A stretch of DNA of 64,000 nt, taken from a virus (taxonomy: Duplodnaviria; Caudoviricetes). The stretch spans positions 766 to 64,765 of IMG/VR virus record IMGVR_UViG_3300017788_000019. One strand, written 5' to 3'. Shown here piece by piece: positions 23,439-32,684 of this stretch. The notes beneath the pieces are model-generated. The model did no database searches. It was not told where the DNA came from and was given only the letters and a program-made list of their open reading frames with translations. A program made the translations under genes and the position numbers. The stretch's first letter is position 1. Each line of letters starts with the position of its first letter.

Positions 23439-24071
23439 ATGGCTACTTTTTATGTAGGACCTCGTCCTGTACTTAGAGGTCAAAACACTGCAGAGATGGT
23501 CAATCCATATACCACAATGACTGGCAAGTCTAAGGGTTCGGGGACCTACTCATACTATCCGCTATATGCAACCAGCCAGCTTTTGGATGGTGCACCAGAT
23601 AATCATCATGTTCCTGGAACCGGTCGTCATCCTGGCAGTGTATTGCTTTCTCAAATTTTCAATGGAACTACCCTTTATGTCCATCCCCTTTCTGGCACCT
23701 TTGCTGATGGCGTTGGTTATGATGGTGCTAGATTCCGTCCAATGGAGTACAAGGGCCTAGCGGGCGCTGCTGCTTTCCCAGCTAGTTTCGGTCACGCTGA
23801 TAGAGCAAGCGATTACAGCTACAATAACTATATATTTGACGGTGTAACCTCATCTAACGTTTTTGCCAACACAGGTCATGCCCAAAGAACTGATGCACAA
23901 GGGGCTCCGGCTTCATTTGGATCTTTTAGACCAGACGAGTATAATGGACTTGCCAGCACAAAGGTATTTACCGCTGGCTATGGACAGGCTATTCCAACAG
24001 ATTACGATAACGAATATGGAAAAAATAAAGTTCAAGAGTGGAGAGGTGTACCCTCTTCAAGAGCTCTCTAA
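23439..24071 (+). CDS. Hypothetical Gly/Tyr-rich protein with internal repeats, probably virion-associated
   Basis: Strong AAGGAG RBS, own ATTACTATA motif, repeats FRPMEYKGLA / FRPDEYNGLA. Confidence 0.65.
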   Translation: MATFYVGPRPVLRGQNTAEMVNPYTTMTGKSKGSGTYSYYPLYATSQLLDGAPDNHHVPGTGRHPGSVLLSQIFNGTTLYVHPLSGTFADGVGYDGARFRPMEYKGLAGAAAFPASFGHADRASDYSYNNYIFDGVTSSNVFANTGHAQRTDAQGAPASFGSFRPDEYNGLASTKVFTAGYGQAIPTDYDNEYGKNKVQEWRGVPSSRAL

Positions 24072-24324
24072 TTATTTTAGTTCTCCTATTAATTTAGAGA
24101 AAGATTCTAGGTTAACAGGTTTAATCGGATGGGCAGCCTTAATAACTTTTGTTGTTGGATATGATATATTCGCCATCAAAAGTCAAAAAGCAGAAACTCT
24201 AACTAGAAGTTTCTGGAGATTATCAGACGGTAAACTGTCTAAGTTTCCAGTTCTTGCAGCTTGGGTGATCGTAACAGCTCACTTAATGTTAGAGAAAGAT
24301 GTTAGAAAAAAAATAAGCAAATAG
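24016..24324 (+). CDS. Small membrane protein (start uncertain)
   Basis: C-terminal part of ORF 23863..24324 with two hydrophobic segments (GWAALITFVVGYD; PVLAAWVIVTAHL). Confidence 0.55.
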   Translation: MEKIKFKSGEVYPLQELSNYFSSPINLEKDSRLTGLIGWAALITFVVGYDIFAIKSQKAETLTRSFWRLSDGKLSKFPVLAAWVIVTAHLMLEKDVRKKISK

Positions 24325-24354
24325 TTTTCACGCTGAAATTATCTGCTCTAGTAA

Positions 24355-24363
24355 TGATATACT
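24355..24363 (+). promoter_or_regulatory. Extended -10 promoter (TG-A-TATACT)
   Basis: Intergenic, at the start of the DNA-metabolism module. Confidence 0.5.
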
Positions 24364-24387
24364 ATACTAGGCGGACAGCGAGAGATT

Positions 24388-24418
24388 CCCGCTCATTATG
24401 AGCGGGCTTTTCTCTTTT
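24388..24418 (+). terminator. Intrinsic terminator-like hairpin
   Basis: CCCGCTCA-TTA-TGAGCGGG followed by CTTTTCTCTTTT. Confidence 0.7.
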
Positions 24419-24469
24419 ACAGTCTCTTTTATAGGTTTCAATAAGTTTAGGTAGAAGTATAAAGGTAGT

Positions 24470-25177
24470 ATGTTAATCGAAGATCTGCAAAAGGTTGTTT
24501 CTGGCGAATCACTGCCAACAAATGTTGCAGACATGTACCTGAGAATATATGTTTCCGACATTGATTGGAGACCCCACATTGCCAAGTTCTGGGCAAATAC
24601 TAAAAACAAAATAGCTGAAGAAGAAGCAGCAAAAGCTCACATGCGAAAGTCAATAGCTTGCGCCAGTCTTATTCCAGTTTTTGACAAAAAAGCTATTCCA
24701 GATCCACCTCAAAACCTTTTATTTTGGTGCCCAACATGGTCTCAGTTTAATGAAAAAAACTGGGTTGATATATATAAAAAAGTTGTTGAAGACGATATAA
24801 GAATAAGAAACAATAGGAAAAAACTTTTACAATATGGTGTTGTAGATAGTATTGATTATTTACCTCTAACAAGACAGGCTTTCAATTGGCTATACATGAA
24901 AGCAGAAGAGTCAAATTCAATAGGCGATAATAAAGAAGATTTAGTAAAGAAGTTTGAAAACTTAGTCAGAATATATGGCGGAGCTGTTATCTGCAACGTT
25001 TTTAGCAAGCATGAAAGTAATATTTCTAAGGTTTTGAATTGGAGAAGTGGCTATTTTATAGAGAAAGAAATCTATAAGATTTATACGCCAGAACAAATAA
25101 ATAAGATAAAACAAACGGAAATATCAAAGATAGATCCAAAGCACGTAAAGAAACTAACCAAGAACAAGGAGTCATGA
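24470..25177 (+). CDS. Hypothetical protein
   Basis: 235-aa ORF coupled to the RNR gene; no motif recognised. Confidence 0.6.
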   Translation: MLIEDLQKVVSGESLPTNVADMYLRIYVSDIDWRPHIAKFWANTKNKIAEEEAAKAHMRKSIACASLIPVFDKKAIPDPPQNLLFWCPTWSQFNEKNWVDIYKKVVEDDIRIRNNRKKLLQYGVVDSIDYLPLTRQAFNWLYMKAEESNSIGDNKEDLVKKFENLVRIYGGAVICNVFSKHESNISKVLNWRSGYFIEKEIYKIYTPEQINKIKQTEISKIDPKHVKKLTKNKES

Positions 25178-27291
25178 TGTCCACTGAGACGGGAACACAA
25201 GAACAAACAACTACCAATTTCAACCCAGCAGCGGGTAATATAAAAATTGCCAATATGTTCTCTTTTAGGATAAGTGATGAATTTCTTTCTGGATATAAAA
25301 CTAAGACTCCTCCATTTGGGTACAAAGATGCTGGCGGTAACTCTGTAGGTGAAATAACGTTTCTTAGAACATACTCTCGTTTAAAAGAAGATGACACCAA
25401 AGAAACATGGGTTGATGTATGCGAAAGAGTTATTAACGGAATGTACTCTTTGCAGAAAGACCACTGCAAGAGAAATAGACTTCCTTGGAACGACGCTAAA
25501 GCACAGGCTTCAGCTAAAGAAGCATTTGATCGTTTATTTAATTTAAAGTGGACACCACCAGGTCGTGGTCTTTGGGTCATGGGGACTCAGATTGTAAATG
25601 TTCAAAGAAACTCAGCTGCCCTGCAGAACTGCGCCTTTGTCTCTACTGCTGAAATGAACAAGTTTAATCCAGCCAAACCGTTTGCATTTCTTATGGAAGC
25701 TTCAATGCTTGGCGTAGGAGTGGGTTTTGATGATAAGGGCGCAGATAAAGATTTTCTAATTTATGAACCATCAAAGCCTGCTGTTGTTGAGGTCATAGAA
25801 GACAGTAGAGAGGGATGGGTTCAGTCTGTAACCAATCTTATTAATTCATATCTAAAGGCTGATCAGAGTCCAATTGAATTTGACTATTCTCTAGTGCGCC
25901 CTGCTGGTATTCCAATTAAAACTTTTGGCGGAACAGCATCAGGGCCTGGTCCATTGATTAAACTTCACACCGTAATTAACAAATTGTTTAAAGGAAGAGA
26001 TGGCGACAAACTTACCAGAAAAGATATAGCTGACATCGGTAACCTAATTGGTGTTTGTGTTGTATCAGGAAACGTAAGAAGATCAGCAGAACTTCTTATA
26101 GGAAGAATTGACGACCAAGATTTTTTGAACCTTAAGAACTCGGAAGTATTTCCAGAAAGAAACTCATATGACTCAGAGAATCCTGGCTGGGGTTGGATGT
26201 CCAATAACTCAGTAGAAGTTTCTGTAGGTCAGGATCTTTTCCCAATTGTAGATGGAATTGCTAGAAATGGTGAGCCAGGAGTTATATGGCTTGACATGTC
26301 CAGAAAGTATGGTCGCCTTGCAGACGCTCCTAATAATAAAGACTGGCGTGTAGCTGGCTATAACCCCTGCGCAGAACAGTCTCTGGAATCATATGAATGC
26401 TGCACCCTTGTAGAGACTTATCTCAATCGTCATGATTCACTAGAGGACTATAAGAGAACCCTTAAGTTTGCATACCTATATGCCAAAACAGTAACCCTAC
26501 TCCCAACACACTGGGAAGAGACTAATGCAATTATGCAACGCAACCGTCGTATTGGCACTTCAATGTCCGGTGTTGCAAACTTTGCAGATCGCGTAGGCAT
26601 GCCAGTGCTTAGAGATTGGATGGACGAAGGCTATAAGACAATAAAGAATTATGACACTGTTTATTCCGAATGGCTTGGTATTCGTGAATCCATTAAGATG
26701 ACAACAGTTAAGCCATCGGGTACTGTTTCAATTCTTGCAGGTGAATCACCAGGCGTTCATTGGACTCCAGGTGGCAAGTATTTCAACAGAACCATTAGAT
26801 TCTCCAATACAGAACCAATGCTAGAGTTATTTAGAATGGCTAATTATATTGTTGAGCCAGCTTCAGAATCGCCAGATACAACTTCTGTAGTTTATTTCCC
26901 AATTAAATCAGACGCAAACAGATCAGAAAAAGAAGTTACAATCTTTGAAAAGATGGCACTAGCCGCAGCTGCTCAGAGATATTGGTCTGACAACTCAGTT
27001 TCTGTAACTATTTCATTTGACGCAGAAAAAGAAAAGGACTATGTAGGGACAGTACTTCACATGTATGATGGCCAGCTTAAGACAGTGTCTTTCTTGCCAG
27101 AAGGCAATATGACATACCCGCAAATGCCATATACTCAGATTACAGAAGAAGAGTATGAATCTTATACTGGTAAATTATTCCCAATTGACTTTACCGGAGT
27201 TTATGCTGGTATGGCTTCTGATGCTATAGGCGAAAACTATTGCACCACGGATGCATGTGAAATTAAATTTATAAAGGAAAACAATAAGTAA
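25174..27291 (+). CDS. nrdJ: Class II adenosylcobalamin-dependent ribonucleotide reductase (monomeric RTPR type)
   Basis: RTYSR, PPGRGLW, LQNC, VVSGNVRRSAE, NPCAEQ.L...ECCTLVE, TTVKPSGT, C-terminal CTTDAC. Confidence 0.93.
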   Translation: MMSTETGTQEQTTTNFNPAAGNIKIANMFSFRISDEFLSGYKTKTPPFGYKDAGGNSVGEITFLRTYSRLKEDDTKETWVDVCERVINGMYSLQKDHCKRNRLPWNDAKAQASAKEAFDRLFNLKWTPPGRGLWVMGTQIVNVQRNSAALQNCAFVSTAEMNKFNPAKPFAFLMEASMLGVGVGFDDKGADKDFLIYEPSKPAVVEVIEDSREGWVQSVTNLINSYLKADQSPIEFDYSLVRPAGIPIKTFGGTASGPGPLIKLHTVINKLFKGRDGDKLTRKDIADIGNLIGVCVVSGNVRRSAELLIGRIDDQDFLNLKNSEVFPERNSYDSENPGWGWMSNNSVEVSVGQDLFPIVDGIARNGEPGVIWLDMSRKYGRLADAPNNKDWRVAGYNPCAEQSLESYECCTLVETYLNRHDSLEDYKRTLKFAYLYAKTVTLLPTHWEETNAIMQRNRRIGTSMSGVANFADRVGMPVLRDWMDEGYKTIKNYDTVYSEWLGIRESIKMTTVKPSGTVSILAGESPGVHWTPGGKYFNRTIRFSNTEPMLELFRMANYIVEPASESPDTTSVVYFPIKSDANRSEKEVTIFEKMALAAAAQRYWSDNSVSVTISFDAEKEKDYVGTVLHMYDGQLKTVSFLPEGNMTYPQMPYTQITEEEYESYTGKLFPIDFTGVYAGMASDAIGENYCTTDACEIKFIKENNK

Positions 27292-27300
27292 AAGATAATT

Positions 27301-27669
27301 ATGTCAGAATTTGAAGATGATGATATAGATAAAATCTTTGAAGAAATGATAGGATCTGACGGCCTTGAAGATATGAAATCACAGGGCGTTGATGCTATTA
27401 TTAATATAGAAAAAGTTTCCACGGAGTCTCTTCTCAAGGAATTTAATTTTATAATTCAATCTTTATCTAGAGCTACAACCCATGTGGCGGAGTTAGCTAT
27501 TAGTTTTATGTCCATAGAAGACTACGCTTTAGACGATGATTTAAGAGATTTACTAGGAACTATATACAAGTTAACAGAAGATTTAGATGAGTATATGGTA
27601 GAATTATTTATAGAAGAATCTGAATTGCTAAAAGATGAAGAAAGTCAAGAAGACGAAGAAGATGAGTGA
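27301..27669 (+). CDS. Hypothetical acidic protein
   Basis: 122-aa Asp/Glu-rich ORF. Confidence 0.6.
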   Translation: MSEFEDDDIDKIFEEMIGSDGLEDMKSQGVDAIINIEKVSTESLLKEFNFIIQSLSRATTHVAELAISFMSIEDYALDDDLRDLLGTIYKLTEDLDEYMVELFIEESELLKDEESQEDEEDE

Positions 27670-28369
27670 AAATAACTTAATAACAGTTTTACAAAATGGT
27701 TATGTAAGATTAGTAGACCACATGGGTTCTGATCTTTCGGTGGTGAATGCAGCAAGAGCTTCTTTTGCCAAAGAAAGCAGTGAGTTTTCTACCAATGATG
27801 CAAGATTGATAGACTTCTTAGCTAGAGAAAACCATATGTCTCCATTTCGCCATGCTTTCATGACATTTGAATTTAAAGCACCGTTGATGGTTGCAAGACA
27901 GCACTGGAAATATGTTGTTGGCTCTGACCATACCATGGACTCATGGAATGAATCTTCCAGAAGATATATAACAATGGATCCAGAATTTTATATACCAAAG
28001 TCAGATCAGTGGCGTCTTGCTCCAGAAGACAAGAAACAAGGTTCTGCTGGTTTGAGCGATCCTTTTACTGGGGCAGCTTTATCTGAACAGTTAATTAGAT
28101 ATATTGAACAAGGTGAAGCTTATTATAACTTAGCTATGGAATCAGGCATAGCTCCAGAGCAAGCAAGACTGTTCCTGCCAGCTTACGCTATGCATGTTGT
28201 TTATAGGTGGTCGTGCAGTCTTCAGTCCGTTGCACTATTCCTAGTGCAAAGACTGGAAGAGCAGTCACAGGAAGAAATTAGAGAATACGCTCAGGCAGTT
28301 TTAGAGCTAGTAAAAGATTTATATCCAGTATCTATAAAGGCTTTAGTCGGCAAGTACTCGTATGCTTAA
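27662..28369 (+). CDS. thyX: FAD-dependent thymidylate synthase
   Basis: VVNAARAS, HMSPF.H, VARQ, NESSRRY, PEQARLFLP, Q.EIREYA. Confidence 0.92.
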   Translation: MSENNLITVLQNGYVRLVDHMGSDLSVVNAARASFAKESSEFSTNDARLIDFLARENHMSPFRHAFMTFEFKAPLMVARQHWKYVVGSDHTMDSWNESSRRYITMDPEFYIPKSDQWRLAPEDKKQGSAGLSDPFTGAALSEQLIRYIEQGEAYYNLAMESGIAPEQARLFLPAYAMHVVYRWSCSLQSVALFLVQRLEEQSQEEIREYAQAVLELVKDLYPVSIKALVGKYSYA

Positions 28370-28526
28370 TATTTTATACATATTATTATTTTCATTGGCA
28401 ATAAACTGGATGATTAGCTTGTCAATATTGTTTCAGGTATCAGAAAATAAGAATATAAAGATTAGATCTGGTATACTGTTGTTCTTATCGGGAATAATTA
28501 GCGGGTATTTAGTTTACTTATTATGA
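28362..28526 (+). CDS. Small two-helix membrane protein (54 aa, below ORF-track cutoff)
   Basis: MLNILYILLFSLAINWMISLSILF...SGILLFLSGIISGYLVYLL; overlaps both neighbours. Confidence 0.5.
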   Translation: MLNILYILLFSLAINWMISLSILFQVSENKNIKIRSGILLFLSGIISGYLVYLL

Positions 28527-28981
28527 CTTATGGTGATTTAACAAGAAAAGATCTGCAATATATGCAGATGTGCTACAGCGCAGCAACAATCTTTTCAACA
28601 TGCGGAAAGAAAAAATATGCAGCCATACTGGTAGATGAGTATGGTCATATAGTTGGCTTTGGATATAACGGTGGACCAAGTGGCTCCGTACACTGTGAAG
28701 ACGGAGGATGTCCTAGATTTGAAGAGATGTCGCCTAGTGGATTTAGCTATGACAATTGTATAGCTATACACGCAGAGGCTAACGCACTACTGCACTCCGA
28801 TTACAGTTCAAGACCAAAAAAGCTTTATGTCAATGGGCCCCCATGTTTATCGTGTGCTAAACTAGTAGCCAACAGCACTATAACTGACGTGTATTATGTG
28901 TCAGATGACGACTATAAAAACTGGGATGCAGTAGAACAATTCCTCAATTCATGCAACGTCGTAACTCATAGGGTAAAATAG
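28523..28981 (+). CDS. dCMP deaminase
   Basis: STC, GYNG, HAEANAL, PCLSCAK zinc deaminase motifs. Confidence 0.9.
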   Translation: MTYGDLTRKDLQYMQMCYSAATIFSTCGKKKYAAILVDEYGHIVGFGYNGGPSGSVHCEDGGCPRFEEMSPSGFSYDNCIAIHAEANALLHSDYSSRPKKLYVNGPPCLSCAKLVANSTITDVYYVSDDDYKNWDAVEQFLNSCNVVTHRVK

Positions 28982-29217
28982 TGGCAGCATCAAAGGTTAA
29001 TTATTTAGTTATTTACTCTGGCCATAGTCAGGTGTACGGATGCTCTTCAAAGAAGATAGCACTTGAATCAGCTCCACCTGAAGGTTGCTCTATGGCAGAC
29101 AAAAGGGTTTTATTTATAACATTTGAACCAGATACAAACAATCTTTCTGTATACAAGGTTGATGATGAAGAGGTTCAGGGCGCAGATATTAAAGAAAGAA
29201 AAGAAAACAGAAAATGA
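28981..29217 (+). CDS. Hypothetical protein
   Basis: 78-aa coupled ORF. Confidence 0.5.
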   Translation: MAASKVNYLVIYSGHSQVYGCSSKKIALESAPPEGCSMADKRVLFITFEPDTNNLSVYKVDDEEVQGADIKERKENRK

Positions 29218-29447
29218 GTAAAGGGCTAAAGAAAAAATTATCTATCAAATTAATGCCAGGTCAAGCTGCATTTGTAACTGACGTAGAGGTGCTTCAGCAT
29301 ATCGCAGACACTTATCTTCAGTTCGGAGAAGCATGTGAGGATAAGAATGAAAAAAATTCTTGGCTATCCGTCTCTGAAGATATAGTTAACTGGATCAACG
29401 AAACATATCATTCAGGACAGGAAGATGAACAAGAAGAAGACTGGTGA
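29214..29447 (+). CDS. Hypothetical protein
   Basis: 77-aa coupled ORF. Confidence 0.5.
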   Translation: MSKGLKKKLSIKLMPGQAAFVTDVEVLQHIADTYLQFGEACEDKNEKNSWLSVSEDIVNWINETYHSGQEDEQEEDW

Positions 29448-29709
29448 AGTTACTCCCTTTTTGCTTATATGTTTTTCTGTAGGCTTAATATTTGGATCTA
29501 TAAGTAAGAACAAGTTTAAAAAAAATATTAAAAGCAATTCTATTACACTGCAAAACTATGTTAATAGGCTTCGTGAGTTTGACTTAACTGAAGAGCAATC
29601 GGCGTCAGATTTATTTTTTGAATTAACCTCTATAGGTTTTGATCCAAATAGCGCTTTTGATATAGTCATAAAAGAATGTATTAAAGTTGGAGAGAAGTTT
29701 AATGATTGA
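29425..29709 (+). CDS. Hypothetical protein with N-terminal membrane anchor
   Basis: Hydrophobic PFLLICFSVGLIFG segment. Confidence 0.45.
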   Translation: MNKKKTGEVTPFLLICFSVGLIFGSISKNKFKKNIKSNSITLQNYVNRLREFDLTEEQSASDLFFELTSIGFDPNSAFDIVIKECIKVGEKFND

Positions 29710-30517
29710 TTTATGTGTCGTAAACCACAATACGAGACCACTGCTGCAAAGATTTTTGGACACTTTGCATTCTGACTTAAATGGTCCAAATGGCGCGCTC
29801 GTAAAAACATGGAATCTGTATATTACAGATAACAATTCTACTGATGATTTTATTCCATGGATAAGACAAAATGAAGAGCGCTATCTAATAGATAGAACTT
29901 ATTTGAGACAAAATATAGGATACTCTGCAGCTATAAACATGATGGCGAGCAAGAGTGATGGTGATATTGTAGGGGTTTTAAATGGTGACGTATGGATGAC
30001 ATCAGCAGACTGTATAAAGATACAAAATATTTTTGATGATAATCCAAACATTCATATTCTTGGTCCAAAACAAAGAGATGAAAATGGTTTTGTGACTCAC
30101 GCTGGAATTGTGGGAACTAACACCGCTCCAAAGCATAGAGGCTGGAGAGAACACGATCCACAAGACGTTCTCTATAAAGATAGAATTAACTGTGTTACGG
30201 TATCTGGATCTGCATATTTTGTACGCAGAAAAGTATGGGATACACTAACTAACAACGAAAAATATAGAGAAATGTATCCTGATGCAATAGGTGCATTCCT
30301 ACCAACTCCCCATTATTATGAGGAGACTTGGTGTTCGTATTTTGCTAGACATCTCGGGTACAATGTTGTGTACGATGGTTCTGTATCAATCGGCCATAGC
30401 TGGCACGCATCTACTCCAAAACCAGGTCAAGGAATAAGCCACGCTGACAGATATTTTCCTATCTCAAGAGAGATATTTAGAAAAGCATGTGATTATATAG
30501 GAATAGAAAGAGATTAA
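29702..30517 (+). CDS. Glycosyltransferase family 2
   Basis: DLCVVNHN, DNNSTD, NIGYSAAIN, LNGDV, VSGSAYFVRR, YYEET. Confidence 0.85.
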   Translation: MIDLCVVNHNTRPLLQRFLDTLHSDLNGPNGALVKTWNLYITDNNSTDDFIPWIRQNEERYLIDRTYLRQNIGYSAAINMMASKSDGDIVGVLNGDVWMTSADCIKIQNIFDDNPNIHILGPKQRDENGFVTHAGIVGTNTAPKHRGWREHDPQDVLYKDRINCVTVSGSAYFVRRKVWDTLTNNEKYREMYPDAIGAFLPTPHYYEETWCSYFARHLGYNVVYDGSVSIGHSWHASTPKPGQGISHADRYFPISREIFRKACDYIGIERD

Positions 30518-30518
30518 A

Positions 30519-30920
30519 ATGACGAATAAATTAAACCCTTGGATTTATAATGCAGAAGTAAAAAAAGTAGTTGATGGTGATACGTTTGATATTATTATTG
30601 ATCTTGGATTTAAGGTAAAACTTGATGCAAGAGTTCGCCTTTATGGAGTTAATACTCCTGAAAGCAGAACAAAAGATCTGGAAGAAAAAAAAATGGGACT
30701 AGCTGCAAAAGAGTTTACTGATCAATGGTTAACAGCAGCTAATCTTAAAGTAAAGATTGAAACAGTTATTGATAAAAATGAAAAATATGGTAGAGTTCTT
30801 GCTAGAGTGTGGAATGAATCTGGCGCATGTTTAAATACAGATATAGTTGCGTCTGGCTTGGCTAGAGAGTATTATGGTGTAGGGGACAAAACATTCAAAG
30901 AGTTCAAGAAAGATAAATAA
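30519..30920 (+). CDS. Thermonuclease (SNase-like)
   Basis: VVDGDT, RVRLYGVNTPE, EKYGRVLA, GLA..Y. Confidence 0.9.
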   Translation: MTNKLNPWIYNAEVKKVVDGDTFDIIIDLGFKVKLDARVRLYGVNTPESRTKDLEEKKMGLAAKEFTDQWLTAANLKVKIETVIDKNEKYGRVLARVWNESGACLNTDIVASGLAREYYGVGDKTFKEFKKDK

Positions 30921-31324
30921 TGCAAACTTTTCTACCATACCCAGATTTTGTACAGTCAGTAAAGGTACTGGACTACCGTCGGCTAGGTAAACAAAGAGTA
31001 GAAACCTTTCAGGTTCTCAATATTCTTCTAGACAGAACACCAACAAAAGGTTGGCGTAACCATCCAGTTACTCGTATGTGGACCGGCTACGAGGAAGCAT
31101 TAAAGTTATATCAAAACTATACCATATTAGAGTGGATAGACCGTGGATACAAAAATACAATGAAGTTTGAAGAGATTGATCATAATAATATTGTTGTTCC
31201 ATCTTGGTTTGGTGATGATCAATTTCATAAGTCGCATAGATCTAATCTTCTTAGAAAAGATTACGAGTACTACTCTCAATACTTTGACGAACCAGCAAAT
31301 TTAGAGTATCATTGGCCAGTATGA
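30920..31324 (+). CDS. Pyrimidine-dimer DNA glycosylase-like (MSMEG_6728 family) protein
   Basis: MQTFLPY.DF..S...LD.RRLGKQRVE..Q, GWRNHP...MW.G, HRSNLLRKD..YY. Confidence 0.85.
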   Translation: MQTFLPYPDFVQSVKVLDYRRLGKQRVETFQVLNILLDRTPTKGWRNHPVTRMWTGYEEALKLYQNYTILEWIDRGYKNTMKFEEIDHNNIVVPSWFGDDQFHKSHRSNLLRKDYEYYSQYFDEPANLEYHWPV

Positions 31325-31725
31325 GTATTGCAGTCTATCTAGCTGGAGCAATGGATTATGTTGGAGAGTACGCTAAAGGATGGCGTAAATCAGCAACTGA
31401 TGCTCTTGAATTTTTTGGATATAAAGTTTATGATCCAACTTCTATACCAGAAGAACCTGGCATGTCTCCAGACGAAATAGCTCAAAAAAATTTGTTCATG
31501 CAGAAAAAATCTGATTTACTTCTGGTAGAATATATGTTAGAAAATAGAGCGTACATAGGTACTGATTTTGAAATGGCTTGGGCTAAAATTCATAATCAAC
31601 CTACTATTGTAATTTGCTCTAATCAAAATAAAGATCGACCATATATGAAATATATGGCCACAAAGCTTGCAGATAACCTGCAAGATGCTATAGACTATAT
31701 AGCAATCCATTATCCAATAAACTAA
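31321..31725 (+). CDS. Nucleoside 2-deoxyribosyltransferase-like protein
   Basis: VYLAGAM, WR, DP, SDLLLV, GTDFEMAWA. Confidence 0.8.
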   Translation: MSIAVYLAGAMDYVGEYAKGWRKSATDALEFFGYKVYDPTSIPEEPGMSPDEIAQKNLFMQKKSDLLLVEYMLENRAYIGTDFEMAWAKIHNQPTIVICSNQNKDRPYMKYMATKLADNLQDAIDYIAIHYPIN

Positions 31726-31743
31726 CAAAAAGGAATAAATAAA

Positions 31744-31926
31744 ATGTCAGAGAACAAGTTCAAGTACTTCACTGTCACCACAACCACTTTGGTTAAGGCT
31801 AACAGCAAGACCGATGCTCAGAAACTAGCAATGGGTCGTCGTGGCGTTACTGGTGAGGTCATGTTCAAGGATGTTGAAATCGAGCGAATCTCTGCAGTAG
31901 AGGCTCGCGAGCAGATCATCGCCTGA
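31744..31926 (+). CDS. Small 60-aa protein, paralog of the phosphoesterase N-terminal domain
   Basis: AAGGA RBS, C/G-ending codon bias, followed by a terminator. Confidence 0.7.
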   Translation: MSENKFKYFTVTTTTLVKANSKTDAQKLAMGRRGVTGEVMFKDVEIERISAVEAREQIIA

Positions 31927-31942
31927 TTGTAATATTGTTCTG

Positions 31943-31973
31943 GAGGGAGGGGGATATGCCCCCTCCCTCTTTT
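31943..31973 (+). terminator. Intrinsic terminator
   Basis: GAGGGAGGGGG-ATATG-CCCCCTCCCTC followed by TTTT. Confidence 0.8.
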
Positions 31974-31990
31974 CATAGAAAGTTTTGCAT

Positions 31991-32683
31991 ATGATTTATG
32001 CACAAATGGTAGGAAGAAATGAGTCTTCCAGATTTCTAGAGCCAGTTCTAGAAAGACTATCTACTCAGGTGGATAAAATTATATTTACTGACGACTGCTC
32101 AACAGACAACACAGCTGAGATAGCAGCAAAGTATGCTGAAGTATTTACTACACCAGAGCCAATGTTTACAAAACACGAGGGTCAATTACGAGCATTTGCT
32201 TGGGGTAACCTAGAAAATTTTGCAAAGCCTGGTGATTGGGTTTTGGCTATAGATTGTGATGAAAAACTATACCATGTTGATGAGTTAGAGATTAAAGCAG
32301 TGCTCGCTAAATCAGAATTTGATGTAGTCAACATACGCTTTTATCATATGTGGAGCGAAACTCACTATAGAGTTGATAAACTTTGGGCTCCCAATAACTC
32401 TTCAAGAATGTTTAGGTTTCAGGAAAACGCTGGCTTTCAAAACAAAATTCTTGCTTGTGGTTCTGAACCAACTTATGTGCCAAAATGGATACAGCAAAGA
32501 AACTACTGGAGAGACTCTGGTTTAATCATGCAGCATCTGGGCTATACGCATGACGAAGATAAGCAGTCAAAGTATGAAAGATACTCCACGTTAGATGGCG
32601 GTCAGTTTCACAACTTAAATCATATTAATTCTATTATAGATCCTAATCCAGTATTAATTCAATGGGGAAACTTTGGTATTTGA
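31991..32683 (+). CDS. Glycosyltransferase family 2
   Basis: GRNE, DDCSTDNT, WVLAIDCDE (DxD), HLGY. Confidence 0.85.
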   Translation: MIYAQMVGRNESSRFLEPVLERLSTQVDKIIFTDDCSTDNTAEIAAKYAEVFTTPEPMFTKHEGQLRAFAWGNLENFAKPGDWVLAIDCDEKLYHVDELEIKAVLAKSEFDVVNIRFYHMWSETHYRVDKLWAPNNSSRMFRFQENAGFQNKILACGSEPTYVPKWIQQRNYWRDSGLIMQHLGYTHDEDKQSKYERYSTLDGGQFHNLNHINSIIDPNPVLIQWGNFGI

Positions 32684-32684
32684 A

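Noticed and set aside
24367-24470. Cobalamin riboswitch upstream of the B12-dependent nrdJ operon
   Set aside because: Region is too short and lacks recognisable B12-box elements; only a simple hairpin is present.
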